From positions 17,236,001 to 17,300,000 of the forward strand of contig OZ059896.1 in the NCBI GenBank assembly GCA_964057225.1: a stretch of DNA of 64,000 nt. The letters run 5' to 3'. Under the pieces are notes generated by a model that saw nothing but the letters and a program-made list of their open reading frames with translations, was not told the origin of the DNA and ran no database searches. This DNA is from Auanema rhodensis (taxonomy: Eukaryota; Animalia; Nematoda). The translations under genes were made by a program, and so were the position numbers. Positions 1 through 17,781 of this stretch are shown piece after piece. Each line of letters starts with the position of its first letter. Position 1 is the first letter of the stretch.

Positions 1-628
1 GCGAAGCATGAAGAGTTGCAACTGTTGCTTTCAGATCATCTAATTGTCGTATTCTTAACGATTTTACCGTTTTAAGATCAAATAACTCCAATTACTTACT
101 GATCACTACTCATCAGCAATTCTTTGTTTAAGGAAGGTATTGAAACATCATAGAATTTGTCATTTAAGCGAAGTTTAAAACTTCCATATAATAATAAATG
201 CTCAATACTAGTTGAGTTGGCAACTCTAGTCCCTTCTATAACATATGTAATTACAATTGTGTGCCGCTGATTGATAGGACCGACCTGGCGAATAAACAGC
301 TGCATAATCTATGCCTTTATCTTCCAATTTTAAGCTAGCGCATAAAGAACCAACATTATCACTCACTGGTCTGAGAGAAAATCTGCATGGTTCTTGTCTT
401 GAAGGCAAGGGAACGGTCAAATGAGGGAGACCTCTATCAAAGTCCATAAAGACAGCGGTCGAAGATGACGGTTGGTTGGATATGCATTGGTTCTGCAATA
501 GAAATAAGGAGACTGAGACTTTCATCTATAAAACTGACTCTAATTTGTGAAAAAGTAATTCTCTGCCCCGTAAAACTAAGTGAATTATTTACCGAATAAA
601 GGTAGGCAAGCAAATGCTTACGGGGCAT
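1..628 (-). CDS. mcu-1: Mitochondrial calcium uniporter, 5' part (3' end lies outside the window)
   Basis: ATG at 628 just after a tttcag acceptor. Spliced exons give MPRKHLLAYLYS...RGLPHLTVPLPSRQEPCRFSLRPVSDNVGSLCASLKLEDKGIDYAAVYS..GTRVANSTSIEHLLLYGSFKLRLNDKFYDV..LDDLKATVATLH, matching the MCU N-terminal domain (VPLPSRxExCxFxLxP, EDxGID). Confidence 0.92.
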
Positions 629-779
629 GGCGCTGAAAGCTAATGTGTAAGAATGAAATTGTTTTAAAAAGAAATGAAATTAATACGAAAAAAATAAAAA
701 ATACAACATATATCTTCATGATGTATATTCACTATGAATCAAGTGGTCTGTTAGCCAATCAAAAACTAAGATTAATAGA

Positions 780-2165
780 GCAAATTGAGCACATTTATTC
801 TCGAGCGAAGCAATATTGAATTCTGCATAATGGGAGTAAAAATATTTATATTTCTTGATGAGAATAGTGCTAGCTACTGGAAAAAAATTTCAACAGAGCA
901 AAATTCGAAATATTCATATGAAAAGAGAGGGTGAGAGAGAAAAGAAAAGGGAGAGAGAGAGCAAGAGAAAAATGTAAGAATACTTAGTATAACATGGAAT
1001 GGAGCTCGATAATTGAAGAAATAATCAAAGAGAAGATAGAAGTGAGTGGAGGAAGAATTTTTTCGGAAAAATCCATTTGTGTCACTTCAAATAACAACAG
1101 ATACAAGAGAATAGGATAGAGAATGAGAAAGCGACAACGCTGCTAAATCCTACTAACCGCATGGGAGATTGAAGGAACCAATGAAAGCGACCTCAGTAAT
1201 AGATGAAACACGAAAAATATTCAAAAATAATAATCAATAATGGGAGAATAGCTTTAAAAGAGTAAAATCAATATAGAAATATGGTGCTACAACAACGTAG
1301 AGAAACTGAATTGGCGAATAAGACAGACTAGACAGCGGTTTGGTTTGAAGTAGGGCTGAATGAGAGTCGAAATTGTTTCCAACATCAGTTCCAAACAAGG
1401 TTTTCAATCTAATTTATCGAACGAGAAATTCGGTCCTTGATTCCTGGTAATTGAACTAGTGACACGTGTTGGGAATGATGAAAAAAAGAAAAGATAGTGA
1501 ATATAACATCAGCATTATTTCGGAATGAAATGCAAATCGTTTCTGAATTAGGCTTAAGACTATTCACTCCTTGTCTAGTCTGGTCTTCAAAAAAAGATCA
1601 ATGAGATGCTATAGGAGCAAGGAAGGGTTAGCCATGACTCGGGAAGGCATGGCGACAACAACCAAAGAATTCAAAACGAAAGAAAAACATTGGCTCGACT
1701 AAAAAAAGGCTTTAAACTTTAGTTTGCAAAAATGTTATAATATACAAAATAATTATATTAGTTATAGCTACCCGTGTTGCTAACAGGAGAGCATTGTGAT
1801 AAGAAGGTCAATAACACAGCCATGTAAAACAGTAGTAGGACCAAAAATCAAACAAAGCTTCTATCTTTCATAACCAGGCTTAAGCTATAGCTTTCGACTA
1901 AAAACTTAGTCGTCAGAAGGCCAACAATTGTTTTGAAGACTAGTGTAAATACAAAAGTTCTGACAAAATCGAAATGATTAACACTTGATATTATATTGAA
2001 GACAACAAGATAAGATATAAAAACAAAATAAGTCATTAACATCTGAAGAATTCATTTGTAAATTGATGCGAATTCAAGCAAAACATATCACGATATACAA
2101 GTTGAAGTAGAAAATAAGGCTGTGAACACGGATATGAATAAAACCCAAAAATAATATTAAAAATC
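780..2165 (-). other. Possible multi-exon membrane-protein gene or pseudogene; structure unresolved
   Basis: Hydrophobic open stretches, some next to AG/GT sites (FLILFLGFIHIRVHSLIFLLQL; MLMTYFVFISYLVVFNIISSVNHFDFVRTFVFTLVFKTIVGLL; ALLQTKPLSSLSYSPIQFLYVVVAPYFYIDF). I could not join them into one stop-free frame and recognise no family. Confidence 0.3.
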
Positions 2166-2523
2166 TGGAAAAAAAAAAGAATTTTCAAAAATTATAAAGA
2201 TGTAATAGAAAAGTAATAGTTAGAAATTTTACAAAACCTGGAACTATCACCTAGCTAAGCTATTTGTATGATATAACAGCTGTGCGTCAGCTGTAATAAG
2301 AAAAAAATAAGCTAATACATACCGAGATGATGATTTTAAAACTGAAGTGGCCCATATGAAACAAAAATTATAATTTACGTAAGGCAAACTATATAGTTAA
2401 GAACCGCATCAGAAGAATAAAACTATCATATATGGTTGATAATGACATCACAAAATTAAGTTACACCCATAAAACACCTGACAAGAAATCACAGAAGAAG
2501 GAATAGATTATCATACAAATTTT

Positions 2524-5106
2524 TTACAGAAAATCTGGTTCGACGCCTATCATCTCGAAAAGTTGCATCATATGCTTCACGCTCAAAGGTGGAAGAAAAT
2601 TATCCAAATCAGCGAGATTTTCACAAGAATGATTACGAGAAAATGGCTTGTGTTCATAAGGATCTAAAATGGAAATTAAGATAATTTTAAAAATCAATGT
2701 AATAATCAACTGAATAATATAGAGTACCTTCGAACATAGGCCGTCCTGTGGCTGTAGGGAGGAAAACAGGTTTTTGGTGAATAGCTTGATTCTGTACACT
2801 CCGGAACCTATGATCGATAGGAAATATGTGTCCCTCGGTCGAGAAAAGAATTTTGTGCTCGTTTACATTAGCTTGATTGGAGAAATCGAAGAGCTGAATA
2901 GACATGAATAATATTTCTCAAATATGTATGTAAGAATATACTAAATAAAGGTATTTCAAAGTTTCGGCTAAGAAAAAAGATTCCATTCTATCTTCAAGTG
3001 AACCATCATTGACATCATGAACAGTAGCAAAACCACATTTAACCTCCAATTGACATTATTAATAGAAGCGCTATTTGAATTATAGCCTTACCTTTGTTAT
3101 TATTTTAAGAGAATCTATTATCTCAAGTCCAACTTTTAAATAAAATGGATTCTTCGTAGATCTATATAACAAGTAAGTTGACTCAACAAACTCTGGACGT
3201 AATGGATAGAAGTTCACATCTGGTCTCCTACAGAAAAACTTTTGCAAATAAATTTCATTAGTTAATATCGTACTGAAACTTGAGGTTATAACGTTCAGGT
3301 AAAACTCCATATTTTTTCCAAATAGCATAATAAACAGCATGTTGGCATATAGCTTCATCAATTTTGCCTGCTAAAACTAGAACTCCAGAGAAGCTCGCCT
3401 AAAAGCTATGTAATGATAATTCGAAGAGTATATCACAAAAAACCTGAAGTGAATCAATCCAAGTTGTCATCATACTGCCGTCTCTCGAGTCAACATTGAC
3501 GAATAAAGGATGCTCACCAGCCCCACTTCGACAGTGTTTGCTGAAACAAAAATGTAAAAAAGAAAAAAGAAAAAACTTCAAAGTTACCGTCCTCGTCTAA
3601 GATGCTTTACTAAAACAGCCATGGCTTCATTATACATTTGAAGATCAGATTCATTACCAAACAATATATAAGCTAAATCAGAGATACAACAAAGATCCTC
3701 AGAATGTTAACTTGCATTTAAGTAAGTATTCATAAAACGAATCCAATCCTGCTCCTAAACCACAAAGAGTTCCAACCCATGTACCAGTTTGAATATTCAG
3801 CAAATTTCCTTAAAATATCAATTCAACAATATCGGAAAAGTAAGTAGTGATGATAAAATATATAACTGGCAAATAATTTGATGGTACACAGAAATAGGTG
3901 ATATATGCTAATTAAGTGATTCATTTTCAATAATTATGAGCGCCAATTCAGTTGTTTACAAAAAAATCGTTGATTACTCATTTTAAATAAAAGTTATATA
4001 AATAAAGAAAAACTCATACCCAGTAAACCTGTGTTAGGATCACGTAAATTCCACAATTTTTTATTCACATTGCGAGCTGCATTTTCAAAAGTGGGATCTT
4101 TTATCAAACGAGAGAGAACACCTAAAGAGAAGGCTGTCAAATTGAAAAATCGGATCAACTCACCAAATTCAAGAAGAAGAGATCCTGCACCTGATGTGCA
4201 TGTCTCATTAATTGTATCTGGTAAAACTCCTTTTTGGAGATTAACTCGAGTGAAAGGAATTCCTGCAAGAATTATTTAAAATGTTTATCACAAATTCATA
4301 TAAATACCCGTTCTTGTACCGTCAAAAGCTACCATTAACCGTGAAGCTAAATCGTGAGCCAGGGAGAGAAGTTCGCCATGGTAGTCTTCAACAAAGAAAT
4401 CGCCTAGCATACGTGTCGAATCGGAAGCAATTAAATGAGCAGAAAGAAGAGAACCAATCATTCTGAAAATAATGGTGAACAGTGATTTCTTAAAAATGTA
4501 TGAATATCTACCTTATATTGGCCTCAAATAATTGAACCGTAGTATTTTTCTCAAAATGAACAGTATTTATTACAAGTTTAACTGCTTTTTTAAATTCCTC
4601 AGTATCTCCTTGAACATATAAATAACGAAATTAAATGAATAATACATACCGAAAACAACTAGAGAGTCTAAACTATCAACCAGAGTTAACGAGTAATCAC
4701 CTAAGACATCGTTGATATTGAAGTTTGAACTGAAATTAAAATTATCATAGAAAAAGGCCTGAAAACTCACGGATTCCCGTGATCATGACCTCTCCCTCGA
4801 CAATGTATAGGATCAAGCTCATCGGCAGGCCAAGCAAATGCCATATAATTTTCATACCCGAAATAAAACATATCTCTCACATCTTGACGAGCTTCCTCTA
4901 TGTCATCCTGAGCATAATGAATATTGATTGAATAAATTTCAATATAATTCAGTACCTCAGTTACTGTTATCAATAAAGATTCATCATACGAAACAAGAAA
5001 AGGATCTCTATAGGAAGCATAGACAAAAGTGAGAGATGTAGCCCATAACCACCAATTAATCTATTGTTTAGCAATGTAAAAACTACATGACTTTAAATCT
5101 CACCAT
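2524..5106 (-). CDS. edem-1: ER degradation-enhancing alpha-mannosidase-like protein (EDEM1-like, GH47)
   Basis: Exons encode [120 protein letters not shown] and FSTEGH. First exon is probably only ATG (5104-5106); stop at 2524-2526. Confidence 0.93.
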
Positions 5107-5476
5107 ATTCTATCCTATAACATTGTCTGGTCCTAAAGTAATGTATTGTTTAAGTAATTTCGTCGTGAAAACATTTTAAAAGTATAGTACGAGGCTGTTA
5201 TACCGTTAATTGAAAACAAGAATTCTGATATAGAAATTTCATTAATCTGAAAACAAATCAACAATTCAGTATTATGATACATGCATGACAAATGACCTAA
5301 AACAAATATAAAATGAGCTATTCCTCTATAAAAGCTATATTTTGATCTATTAATTCCGTCATAACAATGGGAGATCATCAACCAAACGCTATCTACCATT
5401 CAGACTAGAATTTGATTAGTCACAAGTGTCGAGCTTCCACTAATGGAAAATTTGGCACAATCTCGAACATAGGGTT

Positions 5477-6691
5477 TCACAAGTATTTTTGAATTTCTTC
5501 ATATATGGCCATTACTAAAGCCCCACCACTACTTCTAAAACACATTCAATTTTCAGCATGAACTACGCAAAAACAACTTACCTAAACACATTGGCGAGAG
5601 ATCCTTTGAATAAGCCTCGTACACCTTCGTCAGCAATAATTTTTTTAGCAGAAGCGAATGCTTTTCCTTGACTAAGAGCACCTTTGATCATCATTCGTCT
5701 ACGTACAGTATCCCAAGGATATGTCAAGTAGGATGAGCATATAGTTACACCCTGAATATGTTGCTCTAAAACTCGATTCAATATATGAAACATACTTGAG
5801 CTATTCCGAATGAAGCAAGAAAGTGAAGACTATTTTTATCGGTTTGTACCATATTGCGAATAGCATCGTATAGGCCGAAATAGGCAGCGCGATATAAAAA
5901 ATATGTCTGAAAAATAAATATAAAACCGAAATACTTCCAATATCTCACCTGAATTGAAATTAAAAACCCTCTATACAGCCCGACAACACCCTCATTACGA
6001 ACAGTCTTTACAAGACAATCACTGAAGCCCTGAAAAAAATACAAATACTAGCTACTGTTGCATAGAACACTTACTTTATATGTGCGATTTTCTTTATTTT
6101 TTCCTATATCAACGGAGAGTCTGGTACGAATGAAGTCTAAGGGATATACAAAACAAAGAGTTGAAGATCCAGCACACCCTCCAGCGGCTAAAGATAATCC
6201 AGTGTATTTCCAGAAATGCTAAACATTGACCTTTACTTATCATATTTTTTATTAATTATTTCCAAATTTAATCAACTTACATTAGTTCTATCTAGATTCT
6301 TTAAAAATAACACTTTGTAAAAGTCATTGAAAGCGAAATTGAGAGCCTAAAGCTAATATGATTGATTAATAATTGGTCATTATGAATACCTGAGTTGGGA
6401 AATATCGTAGAACATTAACCAAATTTCCTCGCCAGAAAGAAGCAAAACCTTGCTCTTTGGGAACTCTGGTGAAAGTGTCAATAATGCCTTTATATCTCTT
6501 CTCAGCAGCAATATCACTGTGTGAATATTGAACCTTAAAAGCCATAGTTACAAAACAAGAAGGTTGCTATACGGTAATACCTGAAGTAGTAATTTTACCC
6601 TTTCAAAAGGAGCTACAACAGTTTTGGATATTGTAGCTGCTGTTCCTCCAACTAATAAGTCTCTAACAAATTTGTCTCTTTTACGAGGCAT
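5477..6691 (-). CDS. Mitochondrial ADP/ATP carrier (SLC25/ANT family, divergent paralogue)
   Basis: [86 protein letters not shown] (variant of the RRRMMM signature), ending [16 protein letters not shown]. Confidence 0.93.
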
Positions 6692-8537
6692 TTTGTTAGT
6701 GTCTAAAATTATAAATGATGCAAGCTTAAATGGTAACTACAGTAAAAAAGAACAGTACAGAATATAATGAAAGTACAATAAAAACAATCTTATGAATTAA
6801 AGTTGGCTATCAAGCTTCAATTTTTCTCACAACTCTAAAATAAAAAAAGATTGTATTATAATTAGCAATATAGAACCTTAATTATGCCACATATACGCAA
6901 TATTAACGTGACCTTTCATACTATGGCGTTTCGAGCAAAATGGGTGTTGCATAAGCTGAATCAAGGCTCAATGTTGCAGCACAAATCTTCTTCAAATAAA
7001 GAAATAAAGTAAATCAATTTGTACGGCATAACTTTTTCTTAATTTGGTTTTTGTTTTTAAAGAAAGAGCAATATAACGAAGCATATAATAAGCGCAACAA
7101 ACAGAGAAATGAATTGTAAAGTTCGCGACATGTTATTTCTTCTTTTTTCCCAGTATTGTGAAATTTCTTTCAATAGATATTAAGAAATTTATTGGTTTCA
7201 AAGTGTTAGATAGTTTTTCAACATTTGCCGTTATTTATATCTTGAATCAATGCCTTGATGTTATTACCTTTATGTTATGCCTTATAACATATATGTAACG
7301 TTGACTATTTTATAATTCATAAATGAATATACTTGTTTTCATGATATAATTTAATATTTATCGGAATGTTTGAAATTGTATTTCAATTGAGTATTTTCTT
7401 GGAAAATATAAATGTTGATTGAGCAAACAATTATTATCAGTTGAACGAAAAATCATAGTGAATTTTCGTTCGAGATGATACGGCTAATATAAATTAAATC
7501 TTTATATAGTATGTTGCTACTAGTGAAATAATGTTATGTAATGCGTTGTAATCATTGCAACAAGATATTCTCATATTTTTTGGAATAGTAATGAATAATA
7601 TTTCAATAGAAATCGTCGAAGTAATCTAAAAATGGAATAATGGTTGTAAAGCATGCTGAACAACTTGATTGGATTCTTCTCTTCTGTCTATGCACACTAA
7701 GATCCGAATGCAGACTTCAATATTAGTTTAAAAAATATTACACATTATTAATGATTCTTAATTATTTTGGATTTGAATAATATGAATAATGTGACTTTTG
7801 AATTTTGTATCAAGGTTCCTAAATTTCTCAATATGAGAATGACGTATTCTCTGGGTTCTTCTATCACAAAATGGTGAGAATTGTAGTTTGATATGACTCC
7901 GCTTTTAAGCTCAGAAGGGTGATATCAATTCTTTTGTATTTTGCTTTCAAAAATGAACGAAATACAAAAATTCGGATCATAAAGCACTATACATGAATGT
8001 TAATACCTTTTAATTCCATTTCAAGTATTTACAATGCATCTAGAACACAAATTATGAATTTTATGAGAAAGGAGTTGAAATATTAAACTTGAAGTGTGTG
8101 GGAAGAGAGAAATTTTTTGGAGAAAAATGTTGATCATAATGATAATAATGTTGAAAAAAAACAAATTCAATTTTATTGTAACTGAATAAAATATAAAAAA
8201 AATAAAAGTTTCACTGTATATCAAATTGATGAAGTTATGAGCATTCTTACGTTCACTGAGATCAAAATCTTTTTATAAATGATTCGTGATGTTGATGTAT
8301 CTTTTGACCTTTTAATTAATAAAATATATAAATTTAAATATAAATATATATAAATAAACATTAATATTGAATTACTATATTACTATATTACTATATTACT
8401 AAAATTATTTATTATGATGGATAGACTTTAGTGGGCAAAATGTGGGATGACTGTTGTTTCGTTTTTCCCATTATGTGTTTCTTCTGTGCGAAAAAATGAT
8501 GTGCATTGAATTTTGGTGCCAAGTTGTGAGCCAGCCC

Positions 8538-8572
8538 TATAAAAGCAGTTCGTTCCGGTGCTTCTCTTATCA
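8538..8572 (+). promoter_or_regulatory. TATA box (TATAAAAG) and GATA site (CTTATCA) upstream of pgp-1
   Basis: TATAAAAG at 8538-8545 and CTTATCA at 8566-8572, about 140 and 110 bp before the ATG at 8680. Confidence 0.5.
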
Positions 8573-8679
8573 TATTCAACAGAATTCAGCACACGAGAGT
8601 TGCTCTGCAAGTGTGAGGAACTGATTCGTCCGAGAGTTCTTCTCGTTTACTAAACGTAGCGTAAAATAAATTTTCAACT

Positions 8680-14425
<5,746 letters not shown>

Positions 14426-16026
14426 TTCATTAAAATATTTTCATGAAAAAAATTCAAAACGTTATGCATAACTGTTTATATTTTTACAAAACTTTATCAA
14501 TTTTTTTTGTTAATTATTAATTTGAATGATAATTATTATGGGTATAGTATACACATTTCTGATTGATTTCCTAATTTTAATATCTTATTTGATGTTAAAA
14601 TAATTAAAACAAAGAGCTTTATTGTTATTATTTAAATAAATAAAAATTTTTTCAAATATTTCTTTTAATAAAAATGTTTTTAACTTATTCTAAAAATAAT
14701 AAACAAACAAAATTATTTACTAAATAGTTTATTAAATAATTTATAAAGAAAACAGATTCATAAGTATGTCGTGAATTGATGTCCATTATTAATTAGAAAT
14801 TAGATAGATTAGATTCGTTAGTCATCGCCAGTTTGAATACATTTAAGCTCATGTAACAACTAAATCTGGCAACTGTCTCATTTTGTACAATGTTATTAAC
14901 CATTTTCTCTCTCTCTCTCTCTCTCTCCCTCAATCTCTCTAAATGCCAATAACAGCATACAGTTACTTGTAATGACTGGAAATTGTAGTTTATGAATAAT
15001 TTGTTTGATTGAAGTTCATTCATGAGACAGTTAAAATCAAGAGAAATAAAGAGAGAGATACAACATGTATATCTTATTCTTATGAGAGAAAAATAGAAGA
15101 GGGAAGAAAGAGACAAACTTTATCTGTTAAAAATGATAAAGATGTTATTTAAAGATAAATAATATAAATTTTGAGAAAGACAACCGATTCATTTGCGTCA
15201 AAAATGAAGAATAAAATAGTTTCACGCCATAACGTGTATCTACTGAATTAGAATATTTAAACTTAAGAGCTACCGTATTCTACAACCTTTCATGCAAATC
15301 ATCACCATTATCATCATAATACTATTGTATACCTTTAATACTGTGTTAGAGTGAACAGAAATAATCAGAAAAGCATCTTATTACTTCACTTTATGCAAAA
15401 GAAGGAAAGAAAATATACGAATAAAAGGCTCAAACGACGTCGAGACAGCAGCTCATAGCTGGAGCTCATTTCATTTGCTCATGAATTGTCGACTTGTCCA
15501 GAAGTCGAAGAAAGAGATACAGGGAGATACTACTTGAAAATGCAGGAGATCCGACGCGACAAGCTTCTTGTTCAATTAATATTTTATGGGCATCGTGATC
15601 AATGACAGTTCAAACCTTAAACAGGCTTGCACACAAAATAGAGTGAGCTATAACATGGTGGCCAGCTGTTACATATCCTTCTTAGTCCCGTCACAACTTC
15701 ATTCGTTTTTCCTCGTTTGTCTCAGTCATTCACTCTTTTCTTTTTCTCCTTCTCTCTATCTCTTCCCATCTCTCTTTCTCTTTATCTCTCTCTCTCTCTC
15801 TATCCCCCTCTCTCTCACACTCTCATATAATGTACTTTTTCTTATTCTGCCATATAGAGAATTTTGTATTTCTCTCTTTCTCTCATTTGCTAAACGACTT
15901 TCTTCGTGTTGTTGTCATTCTCTCAATACCAAAATATGAAGTCATGTAGGCGGAGCTTGGGCGACACGATAATCTCATGCGATTGGCTGAACGATTCCGG
16001 AGTGTCACGCCTTCTAAGCCAGCGTA

Positions 16027-17781
16027 ATGCAGGAAATGCGCGAAAACGTAGCGAGCACGATCAGTGACAGTGCTTCCGGATTGGAGATGTCTGGAGTCAG
16101 CTCTACAAGCTTGATGAACGCTGATTTCGAATTTCTGGACCGCAAGCCACCATTGTCAGCCATGGGACGAGTGGTAGATTCTATTGGAATGGATTCCGAT
16201 CTTCAGGTATTAGAAGCATTTTCAAATTATTTTCTCTTTCTTCCTTTTGTGATTTTAATTTTTGTTTATTTGTTTTCGAAATGAAACATAAAAATGATTT
16301 CCCAACATTTTAAAAAAATATCTAAGATTGACTATTGCTTTAGGGCAAATGCGGTGTATGTTCTCAACATATCAAAGATAAATTCGCGATGAAAGTAGGT
16401 GTAAACTATGCACAATCACCACTAGCTTAAACTGCTTTATGTCATGTCAATATCCGCATTTGCCTGAAACTTGCTTTCAATATTAATTTTATTATAAAGA
16501 TAATTTTATAATAATATTTATTTGAAGATTGACAATACCTGGCATCATGAAGTTTGCTGTCAATGTTCTATATGTGGAATAACTTTAGAAGATAAGTGTC
16601 ATGAGAAAGATGGTCAACTTTATTGTCAAGAGCATTATTATAGGTTTGTTGAAAAACTTTAAACATATTTTATTCAATTTAACAATTTTTTTTAATTTGA
16701 CAATGTTATAATCATTTTCAGAGAATGTAGCCAATATCGATGTGCCGGCTGTCGACGTGGTATTGCTCCATGTGATATGGTTTATAAGCTTAGAGTGAGT
16801 TAGTGTTGAAATAGCATTAAGATCCCCTTTAAAACTACAAAAAGTTCATGAACCGAATTTCTTTTTTCAGAGTACTTTAGTCTTTCATGTAAGTTGTCAC
16901 ACATGTTTTCGATGTGGTCGTCTGTTGTCTCCTGGTGAGCAAATTCTAGTTGATGAATCTGCTAAGACAGTAGCTTGTATGAGTCATATGTATGAAGGTA
17001 TCTATCATTCTTTCATGTGCAATCATGTTGAATATCTCTTTAGATCAACAATCACTGACCTGCTCATCATCATATCCTTCATGCTCAACTGAATCATCTT
17101 CCTTTCCAATGGAAGCCTATGCGGAATTCAATATCAAAAAAGAAGTCGATCCCTATGGCTACAACTTTGAAGGCTTCTCATTCTCTGAATTCTGTGATGA
17201 TGACGGAAAGTTCTTGAAACGACGTGGTCCGCGAACAACAATCAAGCAGAATCAGGTAATCATCTATTTCATAATTCAAGTATTTAATTGATTTTCTTGT
17301 TTTTCTTTTCAGTTGGATGTATTAAATAGAATTTTTTCTACAACTCCTAAACCTTCAAAACATGCTAGAGCTAAATTAGCATTAGAAACAGGTTTAAGCA
17401 TGAGAGTTATACAGGTTTGTCTTAACTTTTATATTTCTAATAAGCTAACAACTTTCATTTTTAACTTATATGAAATATATTGAATATTTAAAAATATCTA
17501 TAATATTTTCAGGTTTGGTTTCAAAATCGTCGAAGTAAAGAGCGACGTTTGAAGCATCTCTGTAACTATCTTAGACATTATGAACAGCGAGGGCTTATAC
17601 CCCCACCTATACCCTTCTCTAACGGTAAGTCTCATAATTTTTGTTATAATATGTTTAAAATAAATAAATATAAATTATAAATAATATTATAGATTCGAAT
17701 TCATGCGATACAAATGCCTTTAATCAAATGATGAGTGGTATGGATAATAATTCATTTGATGAAGAAGAGGATGATGATTAA
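16027..17781 (+). CDS. mec-3: LIM-homeodomain transcription factor MEC-3 (true start may be the in-frame ATG near 16088 or 16114)
   Basis: Two LIM domains ([18 protein letters not shown]; [18 protein letters not shown]) and homeodomain [62 protein letters not shown]-terminal [15 protein letters not shown] also resembles MEC-3. Confidence 0.96.

Noticed and set aside
8360-8400. (TACTATAT)n short tandem repeat upstream of pgp-1
   Set aside because: Ordinary short AT-rich tandem repeat with no further structure.
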